Source: Enoplolaimus lenunculus
Taxonomy: Eukaryota
Direction: 5' to 3'
Assembly: GCA_030248215.1 (NCBI GenBank)
Contig: JASANG010003696.1
Coordinates: 62,001-126,000, forward strand
Length of the DNA: 64,000 bases
Of this stretch, positions 12,989 to 27,900 are shown in pieces; position 1 is the stretch's first letter; each line of letters opens with the position of its first letter. The notes below the pieces were generated by a model. That model had not been told where the DNA came from, ran no database searches, and was given only the letters and a program-made list of their open reading frames with translations. A program made the position numbers and the translations under genes.

Positions 12989-15900
12989 TCACTTTCGCCT
13001 ATTCTAGACGACATTCGCCGACCGATCTCAAAATAATTCAACAGATTCCATCTTTCCTATACCGCGAACCATAGCTTTCCTAAACCTACACCCACCCACA
13101 ACAATTTACGTACCACTTGAACATCATTGCTCGGAGACGTATCTTCTCCAGAGCTCGACATTCCAACAATCATATCCAGATCTGTTCCGTCTACAGTAGT
13201 TGTTGTTGCCAGCGGAGATGTCTTCTGTTTTGTGGTCCGATCTTTCCAAGGCGAGACCGTTGCTGACCCGTCACGCGATTGTGGCGGAAGTCGCCAATGA
13301 TCACCACTGCCTCGTTCGGCTATACCACTGCTGCTACCTGGCTGTGGGATTGAGCTACCCCCTGAGTCAATGCCACTAGCGCTAGAAGGACCCCCTGTAC
13401 CCCCGAGTTGATAATTCCCTGATGATTGCGTAGTGGAAGTGACCAATATTGATGTGACAGTTGTTGTTGTTGCAGTAGTTGTTGTCATAGTTGCATCACA
13501 AGCACCCGTCGTTAAAGCACCAGCAGCACCTCCTATTGAACTACCACCGCTTGAGCGACGCCGTTCTGTAGCTGTTAAACACGACAAAAACGACATATTA
13601 ATTAAATTTCAGATAAAACTAGAGAAATTTATTAAATTTCTATATTTTCTAGGAAAAACAATTGCCGTTAATGAGCAAGGAAATGCCTCCGAAGCGGAAA
13701 TCATCACACGAGCTTATATAGTAAATTAGGTAAAGTGCCATACCCAAACACACAGGGACTATATCAAAACAAATTCGACCATATTAGTGCTACGACGATA
13801 ATTTTGCATTTTGGGCAGTGCCAAACAAAACTACCGATACGTCATCATCTAAGCACCATTGGGTGAGCGCATTAGAAAGTTACCGAAAATAACTAATCTA
13901 TTCCAAGCGAAAAATCTTGATCTACGTCAAAGCACCTCATATCTTGGATCCTTGCAAATCACCGGGTTTGCTTAAACAGAGACCAAATACAAAGTAGGAC
14001 ATTCAAGCGGCGTGGAACTGTGACCAACTACAAAGAAATCGCTTAGATTCGTTTTTCTGAGCTACATCAGAAACCAGAATTCCAGCGGCACTCTGATATA
14101 CAATAGCGGGAACAAACATAATAACGAATGCTTATTCTATTATTAAAATTAGCTGTCACTGCACAACACCCAATAATTTAATAATTAACAGCAAATTCTG
14201 ACATTTAAGCTTTAAAATTTGACTAAAGTAGCAATGCTTTAACAAACCATACATGAATGTACGAAAATAGATTTACAAACAATGGTTAGTTGAAAATAAT
14301 TAACACACTATAATATGGGTCGCGGTATACTTTTCAAAAAGTTTAATGTCATCGGTCGCCGTCCATCGCAGTCCGTCTCCGAGCAGTTTTATTAAGCGAA
14401 CTGCTTACGTACGCTACCGCACTTTGACGGACGTTGACGTACGGCGCTCTATGACAAGTATAGCGCCACCGTAATTGTAGTTCACTGCAAATATATGGCT
14501 ACATAAAAATCATGTATATACAAATTTCAGTCGCTCTTCCAGCCCAAAAAATAACACGTGTCACTTCAGATTAAAACAATACAAAAACATGAAAGGGTAA
14601 TACAACACGTTTCCACTCAAGAGCGTCGCAATTACACTAAATTATGTTAACAAACGCAGCTAAACCAATGGCCAAAATAAACAAAACTTACGAAAAAATT
14701 GTTTCAAAAACCAAACATGCAAATTTCACGTCTTTTTAATATTAGCATTTTTGTAAGCCACGAAAAGTATCGGATTTCATTAACGATATCATGGTACCAA
14801 TTAAAAACCATATAACCGTCAAATTAAACTTCAAAGTCCCCAAATCGACAGAGTATGAAAAAATAACTTAAAATATTTACCAACCTTCACGGAAAGACCT
14901 GATAATGATTTCAGACGAGAAGAATTCTGAAAACGAAAACCTGGCTGCAGTACCATAGATTATGTAAGCAATTTCTACCAATTGCACAACTGACTGCATG
15001 AGCTTGTTTCTATTAAGATACTTACAATCATCGCTCGCGAACAATCTTTCAAGACGTTTCGTTTCTCTTCCATCTCTGAAATTAACATTAATGACCAAAC
15101 TTTTCAAAATATTCCGTGCAAAAAATCATCTTTATAAAAATATAATATCCTTTATAAAAGGTAATTTTTAAAAAAACGGTTCAATAAACAATATAACTTA
15201 ATAGGACTGTTCGTTGTGTCAAAATCGTATGTTGAATCAAAAATGATGAATGTAACAAAAGGTATTTTAAAAAAGGTCATAAAACTAAATTTAACATAGA
15301 AACAAATTTGGAAAATAAAATCTATTGAAAATAAATAAAAATCAAAATTGACAAGAATAAGAATTTCACGTAGTTGGTCCATTTTGGTTTCAGAGTTTAG
15401 GTTTCAATTTCGAAACCTACCAAGGCTTATGAAAGACAGACAGGGACCCGATGCCGGGTCCATCTATAACCCGATACTTACTGAAATTCCATTCCTGTTG
15501 CAGATGACTTACTCATACGTTACTGAGACATCTTGTACACCAGCACGAGACCATTTCGGACCCACAGACGGCGGACTACGGCTCGGAACTTCAAAACTGA
15601 GACGGACGGCGCGTGTGCTTGCCGGCGGCGATGATCCAGGACGTACTTCTGTCAAAACAAATCGAACAAATGTTAAAAAATGTCATACCGCTGCCCTACT
15701 AAGCACAGGCATGGGGAACAGTCTCAAAGATTGGCCAATCAAAACACTGAAAGCTACATTACTACGCTTCTTAATATTTTGACTGATATATTTCAACTTC
15801 TCTTCCAAGTCTTTATTCGTATTTTCAAACTTTCACCCATTACCAGCCTGCTACAAACTGTCCTATTGTCGAATAATAGATTTCATACAAGTGTAATGCA

Positions 15901-18900
15901 TCATAGTGTCCAAACCAAAGGTTCCAATTTTGAGTTTTAATCTCAACATTTTTAAAAAAATTACGAAATATTAGCGCTTTACAACAAACCCGGCCGGCAG
16001 GCAAAAATCTTAAACCGCCGTCAAACGAAACCATGTGTAAAAGCATTACTTCGTTAAACAAACCACCCACAAGAGTTAATTAATACACGTACCGACATGT
16101 GTTACGGCTTCTGCTGGCACCAAATCTGGTCTATTTGCACTGAGTCCTGCCAAAATCAAAAAAATGATCTGCTACCAAGCTGTGTTAGCAAAAACCCATC
16201 AAACTGTACACAGCTGTATCAAAAATACTACTCCAATGTGGTTCTTGAGTGAACAACATAGACAAAACAACCTTGTGAAAATTGTAACCGTTCATTATAC
16301 GTTGAAAAGCGACCACTTGTTAACCCAACCGTACCTACATATTCATGCAACGGAGACTTTAAAATGCATCAGGCTCACAAATGCCAATTTTAAAATTGCA
16401 CGCTCGTTGACTTCAACACTCGTACAAATCTGTGGTTGGCGTTCAAAATTGTGAGCCAGAGACAACCAACTTACCAGCCAGAGACCACCAACTTACCAGA
16501 CGTAGACGGCTGCTGACTTTCACCACTTCGATACCACGCGGAATTCGCTGCTGACGCACTGGTCGATGGTTTTTCATGCTCTGCGACCAGGGAGGTAGCA
16601 GCTGTCGCAGGCCCACTTGACGGGATAGCTATGCTACCACTTGGGGCTGAATCCCGAGCGCGGGATGCACGGTCACGTTCCCTCGTATCCGCTCGTTTTT
16701 TACTTCCAGTATGTTTGAGAGCTTAAAACATCAAACAGCTTTAGACATGATTGTAAACTACTGGAAATAAAAATATAAGTTCAATGGACCTCGGAATTTT
16801 TTACATTCTGAAACTCAATCAAAGTGGTATCCTCAAAATTCTCACAACATTTGTAGTCTGTAATAACGTTGTAATTAATACAGATTTAAATCACAACATA
16901 CATAAATCTTAAACCACAGATTAATTCATTCAAAATGTTGCAAAACGCGCTTACCTAAGTACGAAGTCACAATGTTCTTGAATTTACGTCTACCACCTTT
17001 TGCACTGTCGACATCAGCTGAAACATAAAACTCAGAACTTGCACACACTCAGTATCATAGGCAACTTACCAGCCAAAGTCAATATATACAAACCTCATCC
17101 TTAGGCAAATGTATCAATATTTTCTATTATGCAAGAATTTTCAATTTCGAAAGTTGCTAGCGACACGTATCAAATATTAATTTCTCCCACGCAAGAAACG
17201 TCACAAGCAAAAATTTGTGAAAACTCGGTAAAATCTCTAAAATATATTTATAGAAAAACCGTTTTCTTAGCTCAAAACCACCAACTCTACTAAAACAGAA
17301 AAAATTACACTCGTTAGACGTACGAGATTGTGTCTGAATCCGTGAAAACACTTTATCACGCATGAAAACTTCGAATCGATTTGCGTAAAATCCAGGTCGA
17401 TGCACTGATATTGTATCCTAGAACAAACATAACAACAACTACGAATGCAAACCTTTTTTCTTATACCCCAAAAGGCAACAATCAAGATATATTTCTGTTT
17501 AAAGCGAAACAATGACTCTAAAGTGTGAAAAATAGGCATAACAAAGAATGCACTTTAGCTTAGCTTCAAGTCAAATCTTCAACTGAATCAACGCAACCAC
17601 AAACAATCCAACACTTACCCCGTCATTCCAAATCGATTTCCACGCATGCTCGAGCTTTTTCAGTGTCCGATAACTTTGAAGAATATCAATGATACCAACA
17701 AATACTAACAATCTCTCGCCCTGCGAATTATACGCTGGGATGCCACCTTCACTGAAATTTAAATCAATATATAAGCATTTGAACTACAAAAACTTGGTAC
17801 ATTAATACATTTTTGATAATCTTTTTGTTAAGTGTGTGAAACCTATTCAACATCGTTTTTGTTCCGTCTTTGCAGACAGAAAACAGTAATTCGGTAATTC
17901 GGTGAGAACAATTTTTTCAAAATTTTAACTCCTGTTATTCCTATGTTTGCAAAATTTAATTCCTACTGGAATTCAGTTAAATAACGTTGCATCACCAGCC
18001 TCACTTGTATTAAAACGACCCTTTAACTGTTGTAAACTATTGCATATAAGTATACAAGCCAAAGTCAATTTGTGAACAATATTTAAAACATACAAATCTA
18101 CAACAAACAACGTACGCTTCGTGTTGTTCGTCTAAAGGTGCCGCTGCCTGAATCGACGTCATAGGATCGCTAAATATTGACTTTTGCCTTTGAAATTTAT
18201 CTAAAATCAAAATTTCAATTAATTTCATACATTTTTAATACAATTATTATTTTGAAAACGTTGTTGCCGCCACCTGCTCGCGATTAATTTTCGCCGTTGT
18301 TAACTCATATTCATGTCATTTTAATTTTTATTCAATACAAACCATAGCTAAAACGTATTCCAACTTACCTTTGGATCGATCAGAACGCCCTGAAGCCAGC
18401 CCGGTGTCGTCCCCGCTGGATGTAGGATCCTCTTGAGGTGGTTGTTTCGCTGCCATATCAGCCGCAGTAGAGCTATCCTGAAATTATAACCAATACATTC
18501 TGCTAGCAATTTGCTAAATCTTATAGAAAATGAAATTTTTACAACTAAAGTTGTAGCACTATAGAAATAATGAGAATACCCTAAAACTCGTACGCAGTCA
18601 CTTTGTGAGCTGTACGACATTTTCTTATGTATTTAATATCGTTTGCAATCGACATGTGAAATTCATGTCCCTTGTATAAATATGCAGTCTCTTTTAAATA
18701 GAGAAATCTGTTGACAGAGACCTCGAGGTGTTTAGACACAGTTGGTCCGTTACAGTCTCTGAAAACTAGGATAACTAAGTTAAAGTCTAGGTTAAAATCT
18801 TACTGACTCTGTTATAAACCTGTTCAGTTTCTTTATGTTGTTATCAATTTTATTTAGACTATATGATCTGTAAATCCTATACCGGACCTCGCTATAGACC

Positions 18901-21900
18901 GAACATCTCATTAAGAAGTGCTCTACAGATTCTTCCTCCATTCCACAGCAATCACAAATACTAGAATTTGAGAGTCCTAATTTATACATATGCTTATTTA
19001 GTTGTCAATGTCCAGTATCTAACTCTATTCTTATTAAATCGCACAATGAAACCATTATGTTTTGGTTCCAGTTTACTAAAGGAAATCTTTGTATTCCGAC
19101 CAGTAGTTAACTCTAGCCATCTTCTCAGGTAATAGAAAAATACAACACTATATACAAACAAATATACCGATAGACAGACAAACTAAAATAATCCACTACA
19201 CTACTAGCCTCGATTTAAAGCATAACCCTATTAAATAGATGTGTAAGCACTACGTGAAATCCTTAATAGCAAACCAGGGACAGTCAGGCGTTCGAGCCAA
19301 GCACGTCTTATTCGCTCAGTAAATATTACATCATTGCACTATACAATACCTAGCCTTTTTTAATGATGGCACCTGTTTAAAGAAGAAATATTTATTACCC
19401 TTGACCTGCCAAGAGCCCAGCCAGCCCAAAACACAATTCGACGCTAGTCAAAACCGCTCAACTATCAGTTACCTGTCTGTAGCAGTAATCAAAAAATACC
19501 CGCAGTGTACGGCGTATGTTTCTGTTGTTTAGTTATTTCTACCGCAAAGGCTGTACAAATGGATTTTAATTGTAACAAACTTCAGCAGATGCACCCACAA
19601 ATACAACGCTAAATCCCTTCGCTTGATCAATTCACATTGTTTCGTTACTTAATTGCACTGTGAAATAATTATATTTCCCAACTTAACAATGTTTCCGCAC
19701 CAGCCAGATCAATTATACATAGAACCCAGCAGCAGGAGCGCACATACCCAAATCGTGGAACCCCCTCTCATCCGCTTGGCTTTAAATTTCAACCCCTTCA
19801 TTTCTTACATTGAATACCACATAAAATTCACCACAGATCAAACTTCACCGTCTCCTTGGACAATGTTACTTTAAAATGCGTAATAGTAGTATAAGCATAT
19901 TCCCAAGCCTAACCCGTAGCGTAACGCTAAGCCTATCAATAAGCATAACGTTAAACCTATAATTAAGCAAAAAATTAGTTCAAATCTTAAGTGAACTCTA
20001 TTGGAATCCCGCAAGCCCCTCATAGCAACACGAACCAATCTCTTTATCACTCACTAGCATCCCGTAAACAACTACGATGCCATCAAAATAACTTTACCCA
20101 ATATGCAATTATAAATCAATTCCAAACCACGCTGCGTGGGGCGCCTGCTTTTCCTACAAGACCAATTTGTTCAATTGGCCCATTTTCACATCCGGAAAAC
20201 AGCGTCGCCAACATAGCTTACACTTTCACGACCGACACTGGTGCAAAAGCGACACAACCCACGAACAAGCTCACTACTTGGCCCCGCTACCGTGACAGCA
20301 TTCTGCTACTATATAAATACACAGACGTATACCATTATTTCAATTCGTACGGGTATAAGCCTCATGTACAACAAATTGTTTCGACATCTAAAGATTATGC
20401 CGTCTGTCGGTCTGTTAAAATTTAACTCTTTTTGCTGATCTCCCAAAAATTTCCGAAGCTGATATATTCCTCTCCATAATAATGTTTCATTGTATGTCGC
20501 CTCGGCTACTATTATAACCGTATACATATTAATTTTCAGATACTACACTACGTAGACAAGCTTAAACGCGCGGTTTATCGTACTCAAAAAGACACCCGGC
20601 TGACGTGTACATATATTCACATCACCAGGCCAAGTAAACAAAACCCTTCGCCTAGTCGACGTGAATACATACAAGCAAGCCATCACGAAGCATCGAATTC
20701 ACAACCTTCTTAAGTCATAGCGGCAAAACTTTTAATGTCACCGCTTATAGCTTTATATTACACGCATTATTTAGCGAAGGTAAACGGTGGTGTCTCAACA
20801 ATAGACACTTTACTCAGCGAGTCCATATCAAAATAATCTTTCACAGACATTTTTGATAGAAATTTGATAGAGTATAATATTTCACGAACACATAAGCTTC
20901 TACATTTTTTCTTTGTCAACAATAATAAACATTAGACACAACAAAAAACCGAACGCTTTTGTGTACTTACACCGCCAGGCTTAGAGCCTAAGCCTAATCA
21001 TACGCCTTAACCTTGAATGTGAGAGAAGTAGTACAAGAGCTAACCAGAATACCAGTGATAAGTGCGTGTAAGCCTAAACCTAACACTATTTAGTGCGTGG
21101 ATCAGTAATTTTTCAAATCATAATAATGGTCAAGCCAAAATGCACGACATATGTCGTTTAGACTTACGACATATATCGTTTTAAGACTTCACAAACCGGA
21201 CGCGGCCCAATATTCATTTAACCGGATAATGATTGCTGATATTTGATTTTTTACCGGAACCGGATGTTAACCGGATATCGCATCTAAGTAATTGAAAATT
21301 TCGCGCAAAAGCATCTGTGTATTCACTGTTGGTTTGGATGTTTTTATTTTAGTTCAAGCGTCAAAAACTTAAAGCTCCTGAAATGTCATCAAAAACTTAA
21401 AGCTCCTGAAATGTCAGTATATAGTTCCGGCAAAAAAATCAACATCCGGTTTTCGTAGTATAAATGCTATAACAAATTACAGCAGCATAGAAATTGTCTC
21501 AGGATATCAAATCAGAGACACAAGATATAATTCCTCACTAATAAAATGTACGTATGTAATATCAGGTGTCGAAAAACACCAAAAAATAATATGTTGTTTA
21601 CTTAACTCTGTTTGTATTATTAGAATCAACAACCTTTTAGTGCCTCCGCACATGAATCATGCATCTAAAACAATTAAACACAGCGAAACATTGTCACTTT
21701 GAACGAACACAACGTAAAAAATGTACGAAAACAAAACACTAAAACTAATGTACGTCTATCGTTGCTGCTTTTCAATTTCTGGAACACAGACCGCGAATGC
21801 ATCATTTCGTTTCAAAATTTGTCACCACATAGGCTCTTATGCATTTTACCCCAAGTTTTTTTTGCGTACACAACTCTGGACTAGGTAAGTCTTTCGCTAA

Positions 21901-24900
21901 ACCTAAGCCCAACCTAAGCGTTTTGGAGCGAAAAGTACACTAGCGCTAGTAATTAAATACACAACAACCCTACCATACAGTGAACAACCGATGCACAGTA
22001 ACACTAGATAAGCTAATACAACTATTGTACAGAGCATGCAAAATTAAAAATCAAAGTACCATATCGGAGGGAAAATATAGACTATTTTGTTGACTTAATT
22101 ATATGCAAAACAATACATCCAGGGTTCGCTAAATCGCACTGCTTAGCGTTAATTCTGATGCTTTTAATACTTAAAGCGAACATCAAGCTTTAAAGTGACT
22201 ATTGATCTTTTTGCTAACCGGTAATATAAAACCGTCCGAAGTTACGTTGTAAGTCAAAAATGCGTCCAAAACATCTATAAGCACCACACAAGTACAATCA
22301 TAAGCAGAATTATTAAATGCACAGCAGTCGCGGTTGCGTCTGTGATCGCTGCCTTACAACCGCGGTTGAATGTCTTTGCTTGCGACCAGTGTCGTCTAGA
22401 GACACCGTCGCAATCGCGACACAAACGGCGGTTGTAAATGCGCTTATAAATGCGTTTACAAACGGTTGCTAAATTTTATATTAGCAATCGCGGTTACGCT
22501 AGATGTTATGCTCACAGTAACAGCGACCAGTTCATATTGCGTTTGCAATTGATCGATTGCGTTCACAGCTGCGGTTAGGGCGGCCATCGTGTTCAAAGCT
22601 GCGGTTTGAATGTGACCACGACCACACTTAATTCTGTCCGTGACGGTATACCACAAGCCTAATCCACAGTGTTATCCAAATCTCTGACTATGTGGTTCGA
22701 GTTCCACATGATATATCAAAATAATACAATATATTTCGGCTTCAAAAACAAAGTTAATTTGAACCGTATTCTCATTCGTGTGCAGAAATCGCCAATTAGT
22801 AAAAGCTTTTCAAATAAGCTAACTACAGTAGCTGCAATTAAATGCATGCCAACCACTAAAGCAAGGCGAAAAAATATGTTTAATTTCGAAGCTCACCCTT
22901 AATACTATGTCAACAGTACAAGAGTAATTTATAACCTAACTTGTAACAGGTGCGTGCTACCAGATGAGAATACGGTGCTAGTTTACTTTAGCCTTACAGA
23001 TAGTGACCGGATTAAAAAATATGCTTATACTTAGCTTAGGAATCTAATAAACACCAATATGAAAGAGAAAATTTTTGCCTTGTCAAATTAATACTAGTTT
23101 TAGCGGAAAGACGGTAAGCGTAAACAAGTATTGCGAATACGGTTCCTTACTCAAGCCGGTATCCTGCTATAATAACGATGCAAGGCGTCACTCACCTCCC
23201 AAAGCAAATACCCTCCCCCAATTACCGGTTTTACCGTAGTTCGCTTCCGCGTTGAACTTTCAATCGAATGCTTGCTTTGTAGCGAGTGTTTTGCAAGCAA
23301 TGGTGGAAGCGACAGTGAAGCAGTAAGCGATATACGAAAGAGTCCAGTTTCATCCAGAGGCTTAAAACATACGTCGTATACATCGGCGAGCACAACTCAT
23401 TTAAATCATAATCAATATAATAATATGACGGGTCATGAACAACTAGTTTTGTTGCATTTGGCAACTGGGACGTCGAAAACGAGAGTTACTGTCTAAGGTA
23501 CAGCTATCCTGTACCAATACAGAAATGTAAGCCAAAAAATCGCCGAATCAGTAACTAACTAAATAAAGTTTTAAGTTTCTGAAAATCATACTTGTGCCGT
23601 AGTCAATGTCCAAAAAAGGGTTTTCGCCGACAAACTTGAAATTTTACACGGAAGGAAAGTTTTCCTTGTATCCAAAACCTAAAATCTTCGAATAAACGCA
23701 AGTCTACGATCCAGTAGTTATTCGTGTTTTCATGAACAATATAACCTTCGGAACTTTTCAGTTGCCACTAACTACATACATACTATGTAGTGGGACAGCT
23801 AGCTGCTCAAGACACAACGTAACAACGATATCCATGCCAGAATAATCCATCCAAATAACCCCTAAATTTTACCCTAAAAGCAAAGCGATACGAAGCAAAG
23901 TGCCAACAGCTACTACGTAAAGTAAAAAAGATGGTATAATTGACATTCACTGCTTAAATTGTGGTGGTCGATGTGGGCCATTTCCCAAGGTTTCGAGGTT
24001 ATACTTTTATGTTACATAGATGCTATATATAATGCACCCCGCTCAGATAAATGCATGGGCGCATCTACCGAGGAAACCGGACGTCTGGTTGGGGCCCACC
24101 TTCCGCCGCTTGGGCGCGCGCCGCTAATTCAAAATTTTGTCTTGTATAATAAAATGATAAAATGTTTTCCAATTTCCAGATTTTCTGTTACGTCCGCGAC
24201 ATGAACTGCGCATTCGCAACACAACTGCTTAAAGATCATGTCGAAACATGGAACGAACGTGGCACTGTGTTTCAAACGTCACAGTGCGTAACAAAAAACT
24301 TGCTTATAAAACCACCATGCACTTTTACTTAAACATATGTAAATTCATAAAACGTTCGCTACTGCGAGCCGTGTGATGCATTCTGCGCAATTTAAAGTGA
24401 AAATTACACCAAAATGCTCAAAATTATTTTAATTCTCAACAATGGTTAAAACTTAAGACGACAAACTTAAGAAGACATTTCAGTGTTTCAAAATCTGGCA
24501 TTAAAATCACAAATTGGCGCAAAAATTTGAAGAACTGGACAAACTAAATCACGTATCAACGGTGCACAATTATGTTTTCGTGCAAACAATAACCACATTA
24601 CGGAACATTTTAACACTCCGTGCATTTTTTTCTCAAACATGCAACTGTTGTGCAATGCAAAATGCAAATTTTTACATTTTTAACACCAAAAATGGTATTT
24701 CAAAACAAAAATACGACACAAACGAAAAACCACTCGATGGATACGCCTATTCATTGTTCCATAACGACTTATACTGGCAATAAACTTGTTGTGAATGAAC
24801 CGATATGTAACCGTATGTAAACTGAATTCTTACAGCCTCAACCCATAAATTTTGACCACAGCCGTGTAAAACGATGAGTATGCAAGCTCCGCTTACTTCT

Positions 24901-27900
24901 TGTTCTTTTTTAGCTTTGTCCAGGTTGTGAATACCCACTAACAAACTGTAGTCCATGATTTTAAAGCTTTCGAGCACCTAAAATAAATTAAAACCAACAT
25001 TAAAAAGTAAAGCAATTGCATTGGACTAAAGTAACAAACTTTCAACCTTCTGTATTTTCCATTAAACTAATCAAATCCCAACTAAGACCCAAAGATATCT
25101 CAAGATAAATCTATCTGACCAGCAAATCCCAAACGTTTCGCTGACAACTATTCGACCCATGTTAATTTTTGCAGCCAGGCCACTGGGCACACACTGGGCA
25201 ACAACAGACTGTGGGGCTTAGGCTTAGTGACTAGGCCTCTATGGTTAACATGAGCCAACTTTTCTTACCAAACAATCCCGACCGATTGTTTTCAACAAAC
25301 TGTCATAAATTTCTGGTTCCAAACTAATTCCAGCTGTATGATCTTCCAAAAAGTCCAAATCCTTTAATGTCGGTGAAGCCTTTGCTCGTTCACGTTGCGA
25401 CGCAAACCGCTTATATGTAGAACCTATGGCACGGCAGAATAACAATGATTGACACTTCGTCACGTTATTCAAATACAAAACTCAAGGAACTATTAACTAT
25501 TCGTGTGAATCTTGGAAGTTACCGATCACAAACTTTCATACGCGGATAAGAAATATTTTCATGTGGACATCAGTAAATTTTGTTGAATAATACAATAGCC
25601 TCCTTTCCGTTTTAAAAGTCTTAAGAGAATGTAATAAATTTATCATTACACAAAAACTTGCCATAATTACATTGCAAATTTTATTAAAGTGTAGAATTAA
25701 AATTTCATTTCAACTCAGCCTATGCAGGTACGTACTTGTAGATGATGCATAATAGGTTGAGCACTGTTAGCAGCGTAAAATCCAGTAAAACGTAACCAAC
25801 CTTTGAGATCGTATTTCTGATGCATTTTAATGGAAGACGGCAGTAGATTGTTCATTATAAGCAACCGAATATTTTTACCCAAATTCTGAAAACAACCACA
25901 TTTTGCTTGTCTTTGTTGTTTGGGTTTTGGTCTTTTTGGGTCCAGCTAAAAATCTCGACACACGGCCGCTGGTTATTGTGCTTCGATTCTCATTTTTAAA
26001 TTTTAACAATTTTGAGTATTATTTCACGCTGTAACCGTTTTAAACATTGTGATTTTAAAGTCGCTGATCGGATATTTCAGCCAATGTTACCACAGGAATA
26101 GCTATTAGAAAAAATTGTCTATGGACTCGACTCACAGGAGCTGTTGAAATCTATAATAAACTTTAACTGCAATGTATGTGCAATTTCAAGACTAAATTCC
26201 ACCGAGATATTTTTTGAACCGAGTAAACTGGACAAGTGACAAAACAAACCCACAGAGCACAACTAAAACAAACCTGAAAGCAGTAGAGTCCAAAGAATTT
26301 CGGCAGCAATGTTTTTGGATTTTGATCCAAATTCTGCAATAGAAACCAAAACATTATAAAAGTTATCGCAAAATAGCCAGCAACTTCAACATTTAAATTT
26401 CTAATTCATATCACTGCCTTTAATCTGCAGAGTCGCGAATCCAAGCCACACAAATCACAAAAACGAGTTTCCACCATATTCACACCGGGGCGGCAACAAA
26501 TGACCGGACAATGTTCGACAATGTTTTTCATTTTTAAGCAATAAGAAAATTTTAAATAACTTGTTATATAAATCAATATTTTTTGTTCCGGTCATAAATC
26601 TCAGAACTGGGATCGAACACGAAACATATAAACGTTTAATAATTATTCGGCTGGCATTGCGTTGATATTCTGAAAACAAATTACAGATATATCTGAAATT
26701 TGCAACATGCAAGATTCGGATTCGAATTCGCTTTCGGAATCGGCAAATTTGCTATGGATTCGGATTCGGTCAAATCGTGAATTCGGTACCACAATGATTC
26801 ACACAACACTAACAAATGCAACACTCAGCTACTTGCATTATTAAGCAGCAACAAACCTTATAAAGGTTACGTAAGTTAGAGCCAAAATGCAAGACCTAGC
26901 GCTTTTCGCACATCCATATGCCACATTTAACCTTAACCTTGTTTCAAACAGTTTGCTCTTTAAGTATATCAATTGTACTCCACTACGTTAACATCGGTAG
27001 CATAACACAAACAGTTGGTATAACACGTACCATATAATATCCAGGTAGTAGTTTCTGAAGAAATTCAGCTTCTTTATGCATAACTGTTTTCAAAATGAAC
27101 TGATCGTCGTTTGTGAGATAGAAAATACTTCCTGACGCACCAGGATTTGATAATTCACGCAACGGTTCCGAACATATAGAATCCTATAATGTTAACGAAA
27201 ACATTTCAAATCATTGGTTTCTGCTTGCCAAATTGATCGACGTTGTCAGAATAGTATACCAATTTCGAGCCTATAATCTTGACTTTACTAAAAATAACGG
27301 TTGGGACTTGTCTAACTGGCAAAAGCTTTGACCTTTACAGTGAAGTCTATTAACGTCCAAAATTGACTTAAGTCATGATTCAGCAACCTAGCCAATAAAC
27401 TAGTTCTAGTAATGCACCAGCCGTTTAATCAGACAACATCTTACAGCGCTGAATAAATTACTCAAACCACTACCCCTTTGCTGCAACTATTAAAAAACAA
27501 AATGTGAATTAGTGCACCGAACAACCCATCCCGAAATTACGTACCAAAAATTCGTCTGGTTTAATTTCAAACAACTTGCGAAAATACTGGAATGCGATTG
27601 GTGCGTAAGTTTTGAATCGAAAATCGTCAAAACTATGAGGCGGCGTTTTGTCACTACCCTCCCTATAAACAACAAACATTCTATGTTCAAGCACATAACT
27701 GGGCAAACGTTGGGTCGCAGCGGAGTGGGGGGGCATCAACCGGGGGGTCCTCCGGTTCAAAACCGGGAACAGATTTCTGAACGGGGAGGAGATGCAAAAT
27801 TTGCAACAGAGCGTCAGTTACCCTAGCCAGTGTTTAGTTACGCCTACAACTAAGCACATAGTCAAAAACAACCACATAAATAATAAACATAGATCAAATA

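Noticed and set aside
13433..13729. + strand ORF with poly-Val hydrophobic stretch
   Set aside because: Antisense shadow of the poly-Thr PIP5K tail exon.
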